A stretch of 64,000 nt of DNA, taken from the IMG/VR virus record IMGVR_UViG_3300032334_001259, positions 124,001 through 188,000 of that record. The stretch is one strand, 5' to 3'. The notes beneath the pieces are model-generated. The model had not been told where the DNA came from. It saw only the letters and a list, made by a program, of their open reading frames with translations, and made no database searches. Position numbers and translations under genes: made by a program. The stretch's first letter is position 1. Each line of letters begins with the position of its first letter. Shown here one piece after another: positions 56,001 through 64,000 of the stretch.

Positions 56001-59000
56001 TTATGGTGGTACAAATCAAAACGATAAGTTAGAATTTAATATTGGTAATGCTATAACAATTAATAACCAATATCTATTTGAACTTATTAATCAGACTGAT
56101 CAACGTATCGCTGATACTAATACAGTTAAGCCAAGTGATTTACTTTATAAGCCACGCATTTATACAACAGATATATTTGCAAAAACACAAAACAATAAAG
56201 AAGTTATACCAACTGTTGGACCAGTAAATCCAAATGATGTTGATGCAACTGTATATGATATTAACAAAATTTATAACATAAGTCCACTTAACACTATATT
56301 AAGTGAAGGCAGTAAAGTATGGATTGCAGCGGATAGTGCTAACCAGTGGGGTGTATATCGTTTAAGTCAAACTGGTCAAGTATTTGTAACTTATATCAAT
56401 CAGATTAGTCCAACTGAATTACAGTTCACGACAAATCTGCCACATAATTTAAGTCAGTATGATTACATTATGTTGAAGAATGGTCGTCTTGCAGCACCAC
56501 AAACTGGTGGTGCAATTACCGATATGAGTGGTTTCTATCGTGTTAAGACTGTTACCAACACAACATTTAATGTGAAGATTGCTGATAATACAACTATCGG
56601 CACGGGTGCACTTAATGCAATTCTTTTTAAACTTATAAATGTTCGTTATACAACTGCTAATGACTTTACAGGCTTTGTTCCTGTTCGTGGTTGGAATAGC
56701 GGTGAAATTGTTTATATTGATGCTGGACCAGATGGTTATAATGTTTTACAGAACAGCAATAGTTGGGTTTATAGTCAAACGAAGAGTCCTGTGTTTACAA
56801 CACCAAGCGACAATTATGGTAGTAGTGTGCGAATTAATTCAACACAAGGTTTTGCTATTGTTGGTGCAAGTGTAAAAAATACAACTGGTAGTGCTTTTGT
56901 TTATGGAAAGCGTGAGGATAATTCATTCCAAGAAATTGGTATTCTAACACCTGATACTGGCGTAACTACGTTTGGTGCTAATGTAGATATTAATGATAGT
57001 AATTTTGCTTTTGTAAGTGCACCTGGTGCATATAAAGGTGTTGTATATACAGCTAATGTAAACAGTCAACAAGTCCAATTAACACAAGCAATTCACTATG
57101 ATAACCTTTATGCTATCAGTGCTGGATTTAGTCAAACAAATAACAATATTTTGTTAACTACAGTTTATAGTTTTGATAGTAATGGTAATATTGCACAACA
57201 AGCAAGTTATAGTTTAGATAATTTTGCTGTTGGTATGGGAGTAGGTGGTGCTGGTGTAAATGCTGGTACAGTTATTACAAGTATAACAACTAAAGCTCTT
57301 ACAAATACTATACAACTTGCTACATCAAATGGTAATAGTAGCATTTTCAGTATTACAACTGGTGACACCGCTACAATATTGCAAGCTAACAATAGTATTT
57401 TAAAAACACTATATGCAAATATTACAAGTAGCAATTCTAATGTTTATATTGGTAATACTGGACAAAGCATTACTGGGTTATATGCTAATGGTTCACAACC
57501 AGTATTGGGTAATGGTATTCCTGCTGGTTCATTCATTACAGCAATAAGCAATATTACTGGTTATAAAGTTATTACCTTAAACAATAATGTTTCAATAACA
57601 AACAAAAGTCTGTTAACATTTGTTCGTAGCAACGCTAACATCGTTCAATCTTCAATATCTAGTATAAGCACAACCGCAAACAATTATTTAATTGTAAGCG
57701 GAGCAACAAGTCTTTATGGTGCAGCTAATGGTTTACCAATTATTGGTGGATATCTTCCTAACAGTAGTGTTATTTCTAACCTTGTCGTCGGACCCGCTTA
57801 TAACATTCTTGGTGTAAGTGATAATGTAAATCTAAATGCATCTACAAAGATTGCAGTCTATCCCAATGTTCAACCAACAAGTAATTTTGGTTATAGCATA
57901 AGTGCAAGTGGTGATGGTAAGTGGTTATATGTTGGTGAACCAACAACAAATAGTGTTTATGTTTACAAATACACTTATGTGAATGCAAATAGCAGTCTGC
58001 GTCAAGGTGATGGAACTCAAACCAGTTTCACTTATCCAACTGGTGCAACTGGTAGTGCAAATGATATTAAAGTTTATGTAAATGGTGTTCTTAAGATACC
58101 AAACTATCATTATATTAAAACACCTGGTCAAGATATTATTACATTTGATATAGCACCAAGTGCAAGTGATATTATTAATCTTGTTTATGAAGATCACTAT
58201 GCAGAAGTTAATCGTATTGTTACTGATGATCCTGATGCAAGTGGATTTGGAACAAGTGTGAGCACCAACTATGATGGTAGCACAATTGTAATTGGTGCGG
58301 CTAATAGTAGTGTAAACAGTGTAACAACTCTTGCAAATAGTGGTAAAACATATGTATTTGACCGCACAGCAGAAATATTTGTTGCTAATGGTGTTGCAAA
58401 AACTTTCCAATTAAGTAATGCACTTAGTAGTCTTACAACAATTACAACACCTGATTTAATTACACATCCAAGTGTAACAATTGATGGTGTTGACACGGAT
58501 GCGACATTTAATTATGCTACAAACCAAGTTACATTTGCAAATGCACCTGAACGTGGTAGCACTGTTCGTGTTCAAACAAATCAATTTGTTAATACTCTTA
58601 TAAGTTATACTGATGTGGGTCAAGAAAACAGTAATTATGGTTCCGCAGTAAAAATAGATCGTGATGGCACGACGGCATTTAGTGGTGCGCCTGGTTATGC
58701 TACAAGCAGCACACAGAATGGTGCAGTATTTCGTTTAATTAATACTCCAAGAATGTATGGTAATGTAGTTGGTAGTAAAACTGGATTCAGCATTGCTGCA
58801 AATAGCACAATACGAATTAACGATTATCTTGTAACATTTGGTCAAACATTTAGACCACCATATGCTCCAATTTATTACAGCAGCAATGTTGACCAAGTAA
58901 TAACAACTATTAATAATGCTGGCATACCATATGTTACTGCTGGTAAAACACCAAACGGTGCTATCTATATTACAAGTAGTGATACTACTGCAATGCCTAT

Positions 59001-62000
59001 GTTAAAACTACGTAACGAAGGCAGTGACATTCTTGGAACATTTGGAATTACACAGTGGAAAACTGTGCAAAAACTTACAAATCCTATTGCACAAGATACT
59101 GCACGTTTTGGTGAAATACTTGCGCTAAGTCCACATGCCAATAGCATGGTTGTGGGTAGCACATTATCAAATACAAAAACAACAGTTACATTTGATAGCA
59201 AGACTACTACATTCGACCGTTTTGGAACACGTTTCCGTGATACTGTGTATCGCAGTGGTGCCGCTCACCTTTATGAATATCAAGCAGTTGCAAATGAAGA
59301 CTATCAAAACTATGGTAGCTTTGCTTATGCAAGTCTTGTTCAAGATCAATTTGCAAATAGCTATGACCGTTATGCAAGTGGTGTAGATATCAGCGATAAC
59401 TTCTTGATGGTTGGTGCACCACATGCACATGTACTTGGTAATCCAGTTGGTGCAATGTATATATACTACAATCAAAATGCGGCTCCTGTGTGGCAAACTA
59501 TACGCAGTGGTGGTATTGATTTTGATAGTCGCAATATTGACCGTGTTTACTTGTATAATAGCACAACTGCAAGATTAATTGCTGAATTACCAGTGCTTGA
59601 TTTACCTTACGGTTATCTACCAAATAGCAGTGAAAGTTATATTGATTATACTATTAACTATGATCCTGCTGTTTATAATCAAGCACCAACAACTACAAGT
59701 TTCAGTTTTGATCGTAAAAATGCTTGGGGCAAGCAACAAGTTGGTAAATTGTGGTGGGATATTAACAGTATCAAGTATTATGATAATACACAAGGCGATA
59801 ACGTTAACCGCTTTAATTATTGGGGTCTTGCTTTCCCTAATAGCACAATAAATGTTTATGAATGGATTGAAAGTGATGTTCTACCAAAGAATTACAGTGG
59901 TAGCAGTGTAAACAATACACCACTTTATACAGTTAATGATGTTTATTGTTCTCAAGTTACCGTTGATGAAAAAACTGGACAAGCGGTTACAAAATATTAT
60001 TTCTGGGTTAAGAATAGTATTCTTGCTAACACAAAGCGTCCAAGTGCACGTGAAATACAAACTGCACTTATAAGTCCACGTAACAACAGTGAACCATTTG
60101 CAGCAGTGATTAATAAAAATGCAATCGGTATATTTAATGCACAAAATCTTGTAAGCATTGATACCAATCTTGCCATTGAATATAAGAACACTCTTGAACC
60201 ACAACTTATCCATAGTGAATGGACTATGTTTGACGATGGCACTGACTTGGGCGTTGCTGATGAGTTCTTGAATAAGTTGAATGATAGTTTAACTGGTCAG
60301 GATGTCAGTGGTCGTATTGTTCCAGATTTTAACCTTCCTATTGGTCAAAAGTATGGTATGAGTGTTGATTTGCGTCAGAGTTTATTCAAAGACAATTACT
60401 ATGCACGTATGTTGTTTATTGAAAAGATAAATCAGATTTGCATCAAATATCCAATGGTGTTGACTCGTGTTGATGCTATTGCTCAACTTAACAACATTGA
60501 TCCGATTCCCGACTCTACTGAATATACACTTACTGTCAATAACTTAACAGAACTAGGCTATATAAACACTGTAGCCTATCCTATCGGCACACGTGTTCTT
60601 GTAATACAAGATAGCAATAGTTATAACAATGGTTGGAGTTTGTTTACTTTAGTGTTAAATTCAACAAGTTATGCAAGACGTTGGGAATATGTTCGTGTTC
60701 AAACTTATAATGTTAATGATTATTGGACATATGCTGATTGGTATAGCACAAAATACAACCCACAAGCACCATATAACTATACAGTTACAACTGACAATGA
60801 TATTGCTAACCTTCAATTAAATGTAAATGATTTAATTTATGTAACAAATAGTAATAGCGGTGGTTGGAAGTTAGTTCTTGTAAACACTAATGATCTTGAA
60901 TTAGTTGCACAACAAAACGCAACTATACAATTCACTTCAAATCTGTATAGTCTTGTTGATGCTGCACAAGGATTCCAAACAAATAGTTTCCAAAGTGTAG
61001 GATTTGATACTGACAGTAATCTTGAATTTAGTGCAATATTTGCTGTGATTCGTGATTATCTTCTTACTAATGAATATCGCAGTGAATATAAAGAAACTAT
61101 TGCACTTCTTATTGATATTGTTGCAAGTCAACATCAACAAACTGATTGGATGATGAAAACAAGTCTTGTTGATTTATATCATCGTGTTCGTGGTTTGGAT
61201 CAGCTACCTGTTTATCTGCCACAACCAGAAAATACAGTAACTGATTTCTTCAATGAAGTTAAACCATTCCATACAAAACTAAAACAATATGTTGCAAGAT
61301 ATGATAACAGCAATGATATTGATACAGCATATGCAAGTATTACTGACTTTGACTTGCAACCATATAAGAATGCATTAACTGGCAAGTATCGTAGTCCACA
61401 ATTAGGTAACAGTCTTGATACTGATACTTTGAATAATACAGCAGTGTATCAACCATGGGTAAACAATCACAAATATAGTATTGATCTTGTTACAATGGTT
61501 GATGGTGGTGCTGGTTATGATGGTTCAACTACTGCGGCTGTAATTGGCGATGGAAGTGGTGCTATTGTTAAACCTTATATTCTTAATGGTAGTGTTTATA
61601 CAATTGAAGTTATAAATGCAGGTCAAGATTATACCTATGCTACTGTAGAAATTTATGGTATTGGTGTTGGTGCCAAAGCTGAAGCAGTTTTAGGAAGCAG
61701 TCTTGCACGAAATATTAATGCAACAGTTAAATTTGACCGTAACCAATATTTTAATAATATACAAGATTGGGCGGCTAACACAAGTTATACAATTGATACT
61801 GTTGTTGTATATAATGCAACACCTTATAGATGTATTACTGCACACACAAGTGGTTCTACATTTGATGCAACCAAGTTCTTGGTATTGATTGTTAAAGTTT
61901 GGTATCCAAAAACTGATTATAATGTTGGTGATATAGTTGTTTATAATAATAGTAGCTATGTTGTTGATACAGCATTTACAAGTGATCTTATATTCAGTAG

Positions 62001-63999
62001 TGCTAACATGTCAAGTTACACTGGCTTCTGGTTAGATAATGCTTGTGACCGTGTATGGGCATATTATGCACCATTAAGCGGTATGGCAGGTCGTGATCTT
62101 GCACAGGTTATGACAGGAATTTACTATCCAGGCAATCAGGTTATTGGACCAGGTTTTAATCAAGTTCCAGGTTATGATGTAACTTATTATGATTATATTC
62201 CATATGATTATGCAACAAAAGATATTGAAAATGTTTATGATATCTATGGTGTGCAAAGTGAAGATACTATTATTCGTAGCTTGTTCACTGATACTGGTTT
62301 AGGTCTACGTCCAGAAGACATTGATGTTGTTGGTGGTGGATTCATTGATACATATAGTAGTCATGCACCAGAAGAATTGGTACCTGGTCAAATCGTTGAC
62401 ACATTAGATATCAAGGTTAATACGCTACCTGATCGTGATGGTGGACCAGATATTATGATCTTCACAAGTAATTATATAGGTAGTGATACATTTAGTTACG
62501 ATCCAGAAATTACTGGTGTAGAATTACCACTTGGTGGTATTGAAAAGTTCTATGTAATTGACCGTGATTTAGGTCCAATTGCTGAAACATATCACTATAC
62601 TGTTGATTACTATGCTAAAACAATAACTGTTCTTTACACTCCAGCTGCTGGAACATTCTTCTATGTTCTTATGATTGGTAGTAATGGTGTAAATCCAGTT
62701 AATGATCTTGATTTCTATGCTGATGGTGTTCAGACAGATTTTGATATTCCAGATTTTGTTACAACACCAATTCAACAGGCATATGTTAAAATAAATGGTG
62801 CAAAAGTTGATAATTGGAGTTTGGTTGACAAACTTGAAAACGGCAGAACTTTACTTGCTGTAAGATTTGATACTGCACCTGTTGTTAATGACTATGTTCA
62901 AATTCATCTTTACAATGTTGCAGTTGGAACACAAGCATATAGTGAATGGTATGAGCAAACATTTATCATTACAAGTGCAAGTTATCCAATAAACTATAAC
63001 TTTACATTGGATCGTGAAGAATTTTATGTTGAGCCTATAAGTTCATTCCCAATTGTTCGTCTAAATGGTAGTGATTTATTGCCACCACAACAAAGTTATT
63101 ATTTTGGTGATGGTGTAACTACTAATTTCAGTATGACAGATAGTTGGGTTGAAACCATTGCGAATATTGTTGATCCTGAAATCATTGTTGTAGTCGATAA
63201 TGTAACACAGGTTCGTGATCAAGATTATACGGTTTATCATGATCCAACAAATACTGTTACGCCAGTTATACAATTTACAATAGCACCAGCGAGCGGTTCA
63301 AGAATTGTAATAAGTGATAGCAGTCAGTGTGATTTCAAGATTTATGGTAATCAGTTATGGATTAGTCCACAAGTCACAATTACCGATAATAGTAAACTTA
63401 CAGTTTTAACTCAAGGCAATCATGATCCAAATGAACAGTATACTAAATTGTTTAGTGGTAGCACAAGTGCGACAAGTGTTATCGATAATGGTCTTGATAC
63501 AACTGGATTTGATAGTGTTGGTTTTGATAATGAATTGAGCAGTTATATCGGTGCAGTATATTATACTCTTCCACGTGCTGTTACAAACATAAATCAACTT
63601 TACATTACGCTTAAAGCACCAAATACAACAGGTGGTTTCCCACTATTGCCTTATAGTGACTTTAAATTGGTTACACCATCTATTATTGTGTTGGATACTG
63701 CACTTAACATTAGTGGAACAAGTGTCATTACTGTTCGTTTATTTGGTGAACCTGTTCGTCAAAATACTCTTGAATTTAGAATATTCAAAGATATGCGTGA
63801 AAATACAAGAATGTATGGGGTAAAGTCAAAGAAAGCTACACTTACTGCTAACTTGACAGCAAATGCAAATTACATTTATGTTGATAATGTTAATTATCTG
63901 CAACAACCAAGCACTACACCTAATAATTCTGGTATTATCTTCATTAATGGCGAACGTATTTCTTACGGAACTATGGACCGTGTAAACAATCGTTTAGGT
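50011..63999 (+). CDS. Giant virion/baseplate protein, partial (>4,663 aa, runs off right edge)
   Basis: Not in ORF track. ATG at 50011 (MAKRKSENFLPQSFRT) coupled to gp6; frame reads open at every line checked to the end; contains FG-GAP-like blades and CBM5/12-like repeats. Confidence 0.9.
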   Translation, partial: MAKRKSENFLPQSFRTLSNRRFLNATIDPLIQEPSLKKMYGYIGQQDQSPVFEKGDYYINENDSYSQFYQLEPGVVIKKRQYGTNTYKVDNVYNYVDLLNQIAADGGINNNHDRLFSNRYYSYNGFIDLDKLTNYRQYYWVPGGPLTVDVTAENTLTQKDFYIHRNSYVANNQTELQSAALGATGYSVDGYNNVINPTLTLVRGGSYNFYVNQDTDFWIQTEIGVDGVSSVQNNISTRDVLGVSNNGAKSGTITFTVPLSTAQDYLINYPTISQAVDLIVDDVTYEELQGQNYDTFILSNGLDGVRAFDGKYIVLTSTTGWGDIASTQWGGVWRINVGSDPAAANYRLMNLTYIADWTVLNKVFVTQGDVYGHVYAYKDLFGVIQKFPTLSAAQSVLYYVDATNPLVYGTIQLVDPQPNSLLNVNDILGRENYTSPNGVQFTSGLKVKFTGIVVPAEYQGNEYIVEGVGSSIKLIKYADLVTPEIINTNLGSSFGNSRGYDADGTGFDGTTNSPEQKDYVTINRASIDGNSWSRNNRWFHRDVLQAAADYNNVSYSFDSNQQAKRPIIEFLPNIKLYNYGTNYAGSVTCIDSVTTSAFAQVEGFNSYAVKTDGVYNSDGIQLLNGLSVIFTQETDPVKRATLYRVQNNKTRASATYNILTNAFTNSGVNYLNINNIANLAVGQHVTGSGIPNFTTITSIDTVFDRVYISNNLTQDVPAGTTITFDNSYDQIHLVPIKTFTNGDTVVAMEGVENQGNMFYYLDGEWIRSQIRNSRPQFPLFDVIDKNGYSFGDQTVYASSDFSGSELFGYAVGTGTRDSELGFPLVYKSIGNLGDIVFENYYQTDTFHYSLNQVDQEENINQGFAAVIVGWNNYTLANGWYRVSDKSKQYITKVFTANAVQLNNFDLGVVYDNSYYENNIFVYVNGSLQSNSTYALQTSSLTSVVVFNQDLNVNDRVFVKIYGTSTVYKETYTMPRNLTNNSENTEFTTITLGQVRNHLIEIGNNLLDLVGEPAGANNFRDLNFNYVGGKLLQHSASMRPAALLFANRDVDPIQFIRYASDSYGIFKNQLLNYISNTEFPNPTNYRESLDMVLAEFSKVANIGQPFYYTDMVGFGTDFIKNSYTVANTTYRRYNLTQDFADDTKGYRALYVYLNGVLLLKNVDYTIGTRTITINDSVTLVRNDKIEVYEYNSTQGCNIPSTPTKLGMYPKFKPEIVTDDTYVTPTLGIIGHDGSFTKGFGDYRDNILLEFEKRVYNNITTTYAENSDVDLSSVVPGAFRVTNYTIDEWTQLLAPSYLRWAHINNVDIFTNSTVTGDPFTFNYATGTDKLFAKPVPGYWRGIYKYFYDTNHPHTKPWEMLGFTQRPTWWTNRYGPAPYTSENGVLWSDLEAGFVYSGNPNDSYYNTRYARPGLTSIIPVDEHGNLLNPNQSVLLNYDANYAAQNWVVGDQSPAETAWRRSVDYPFAVMMAWCLAKPAEWTALKYNTRDLAYNTLLEQFINKKYNNRQFDFTATDDTDFIPGYNVWLRDYLTNNNLDITENWINVANNSTFNLVYKMGAYTDKSYLTIVADQVSPQSTNSSVIIPQENYQVKVTKSAPVARAVYSAVIVQKVVNGYQVSGFDRERPYFLTIPSRVSNNNYTITVGTERAIVYMDSSDNVFSYPYGSIFNTKQQVVDFLVSYGRYLQSQGFTFEDVLGDKTTKSDWVLASKEFLFWNQQQWGDDTIISLTPAGTDVKFISTFGVVDTLSNTNNYTKVVNSDNVTLTGSDYRVYRDDNLFQLELKNAQKGVHLIDLAIIQYEHTLILDNNTVFNDILYDEQVGSRQFRLRLDGAKTNDWNGSLYAPGFFVNVSEVPQWVAYTDYYKGDIVLFKNQYYAAQDFVPGTAQFKSSNWYPINGDLLSKNLIPNMASGAAQFINFHDPDSTDLNSAADLLSKAETGFSPRQYFADLGLDNTSQYKFYLGMVSQKGTQAVLNAYLRNKQKRIDSDIKLVEQWAIKLDNYGGTNQNDKLEFNIGNAITINNQYLFELINQTDQRIADTNTVKPSDLLYKPRIYTTDIFAKTQNNKEVIPTVGPVNPNDVDATVYDINKIYNISPLNTILSEGSKVWIAADSANQWGVYRLSQTGQVFVTYINQISPTELQFTTNLPHNLSQYDYIMLKNGRLAAPQTGGAITDMSGFYRVKTVTNTTFNVKIADNTTIGTGALNAILFKLINVRYTTANDFTGFVPVRGWNSGEIVYIDAGPDGYNVLQNSNSWVYSQTKSPVFTTPSDNYGSSVRINSTQGFAIVGASVKNTTGSAFVYGKREDNSFQEIGILTPDTGVTTFGANVDINDSNFAFVSAPGAYKGVVYTANVNSQQVQLTQAIHYDNLYAISAGFSQTNNNILLTTVYSFDSNGNIAQQASYSLDNFAVGMGVGGAGVNAGTVITSITTKALTNTIQLATSNGNSSIFSITTGDTATILQANNSILKTLYANITSSNSNVYIGNTGQSITGLYANGSQPVLGNGIPAGSFITAISNITGYKVITLNNNVSITNKSLLTFVRSNANIVQSSISSISTTANNYLIVSGATSLYGAANGLPIIGGYLPNSSVISNLVVGPAYNILGVSDNVNLNASTKIAVYPNVQPTSNFGYSISASGDGKWLYVGEPTTNSVYVYKYTYVNANSSLRQGDGTQTSFTYPTGATGSANDIKVYVNGVLKIPNYHYIKTPGQDIITFDIAPSASDIINLVYEDHYAEVNRIVTDDPDASGFGTSVSTNYDGSTIVIGAANSSVNSVTTLANSGKTYVFDRTAEIFVANGVAKTFQLSNALSSLTTITTPDLITHPSVTIDGVDTDATFNYATNQVTFANAPERGSTVRVQTNQFVNTLISYTDVGQENSNYGSAVKIDRDGTTAFSGAPGYATSSTQNGAVFRLINTPRMYGNVVGSKTGFSIAANSTIRINDYLVTFGQTFRPPYAPIYYSSNVDQVITTINNAGIPYVTAGKTPNGAIYITSSDTTAMPMLKLRNEGSDILGTFGITQWKTVQKLTNPIAQDTARFGEILALSPHANSMVVGSTLSNTKTTVTFDSKTTTFDRFGTRFRDTVYRSGAAHLYEYQAVANEDYQNYGSFAYASLVQDQFANSYDRYASGVDISDNFLMVGAPHAHVLGNPVGAMYIYYNQNAAPVWQTIRSGGIDFDSRNIDRVYLYNSTTARLIAELPVLDLPYGYLPNSSESYIDYTINYDPAVYNQAPTTTSFSFDRKNAWGKQQVGKLWWDINSIKYYDNTQGDNVNRFNYWGLAFPNSTINVYEWIESDVLPKNYSGSSVNNTPLYTVNDVYCSQVTVDEKTGQAVTKYYFWVKNSILANTKRPSAREIQTALISPRNNSEPFAAVINKNAIGIFNAQNLVSIDTNLAIEYKNTLEPQLIHSEWTMFDDGTDLGVADEFLNKLNDSLTGQDVSGRIVPDFNLPIGQKYGMSVDLRQSLFKDNYYARMLFIEKINQICIKYPMVLTRVDAIAQLNNIDPIPDSTEYTLTVNNLTELGYINTVAYPIGTRVLVIQDSNSYNNGWSLFTLVLNSTSYARRWEYVRVQTYNVNDYWTYADWYSTKYNPQAPYNYTVTTDNDIANLQLNVNDLIYVTNSNSGGWKLVLVNTNDLELVAQQNATIQFTSNLYSLVDAAQGFQTNSFQSVGFDTDSNLEFSAIFAVIRDYLLTNEYRSEYKETIALLIDIVASQHQQTDWMMKTSLVDLYHRVRGLDQLPVYLPQPENTVTDFFNEVKPFHTKLKQYVARYDNSNDIDTAYASITDFDLQPYKNALTGKYRSPQLGNSLDTDTLNNTAVYQPWVNNHKYSIDLVTMVDGGAGYDGSTTAAVIGDGSGAIVKPYILNGSVYTIEVINAGQDYTYATVEIYGIGVGAKAEAVLGSSLARNINATVKFDRNQYFNNIQDWAANTSYTIDTVVVYNATPYRCITAHTSGSTFDATKFLVLIVKVWYPKTDYNVGDIVVYNNSSYVVDTAFTSDLIFSSANMSSYTGFWLDNACDRVWAYYAPLSGMAGRDLAQVMTGIYYPGNQVIGPGFNQVPGYDVTYYDYIPYDYATKDIENVYDIYGVQSEDTIIRSLFTDTGLGLRPEDIDVVGGGFIDTYSSHAPEELVPGQIVDTLDIKVNTLPDRDGGPDIMIFTSNYIGSDTFSYDPEITGVELPLGGIEKFYVIDRDLGPIAETYHYTVDYYAKTITVLYTPAAGTFFYVLMIGSNGVNPVNDLDFYADGVQTDFDIPDFVTTPIQQAYVKINGAKVDNWSLVDKLENGRTLLAVRFDTAPVVNDYVQIHLYNVAVGTQAYSEWYEQTFIITSASYPINYNFTLDREEFYVEPISSFPIVRLNGSDLLPPQQSYYFGDGVTTNFSMTDSWVETIANIVDPEIIVVVDNVTQVRDQDYTVYHDPTNTVTPVIQFTIAPASGSRIVISDSSQCDFKIYGNQLWISPQVTITDNSKLTVLTQGNHDPNEQYTKLFSGSTSATSVIDNGLDTTGFDSVGFDNELSSYIGAVYYTLPRAVTNINQLYITLKAPNTTGGFPLLPYSDFKLVTPSIIVLDTALNISGTSVITVRLFGEPVRQNTLEFRIFKDMRENTRMYGVKSKKATLTANLTANANYIYVDNVNYLQQPSTTPNNSGIIFINGERISYGTMDRVNNRLG

Positions 64000-64000
64000 A

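Noticed and set aside
550-63823. Many short ORF-track entries antisense or out of frame within long genes (e.g. 550-738, 17384-17800, 20650-21204, 57925-58410)
   Set aside because: Shadow ORFs arising from the codon bias of the real overlapping genes; no RBS or recognisable motifs.
1-64000. Stop-codon reassignment as seen in some jumbo phages
   Set aside because: Conserved genes are full length in code 11, coding density is high and TGA ends several genes.

Overview
64 kb of an AT-rich, T4-related jumbo myovirus genome read in the standard genetic code; no host chromosomal DNA is evident. The left arm (1-28 kb, minus strand) holds the head module (portal gp20, acidic core protein, protease gp21, scaffold gp22, major capsid gp23), a tape-measure-like gene and a long cluster of Asn/Gly/Thr-rich fibre and adhesin genes. 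A NodE/FabF-like ketosynthase and a DUF1127 gene are inserted among these. The centre (28-37.7 kb) holds a gp26-like chaperone with a probable -1 frameshift, a ~450-nt structured non-coding element, an accessory operon (PP-loop ATPase, TctA, TctC-like, Fe/2OG-oxygenase-like), a resolvase, gp46/gp47 and the gp55 late sigma factor. The right arm (37.8-64 kb, plus strand) is the baseplate module: tube-cap-like, gp53, hub, gp5/VgrG spike with an amidase-like domain, gp25, gp6 and a >4,660-aa protein that runs off the window. Two large ORFs are missing from the ORF track because they are truncated by the window edges (<1-2801 minus; 50011->64000 plus). TAAATA late promoters and leaderless sigma70-type promoters recur. 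An alphaproteobacterial host is inferred. The best candidates for undescribed biology are the 29.1-29.5 kb structured RNA with its adjacent operon, the late-promoter-linked NodE-like ketosynthase and the frameshifted chaperone. All family calls come from motif recognition by eye; no searches were run.
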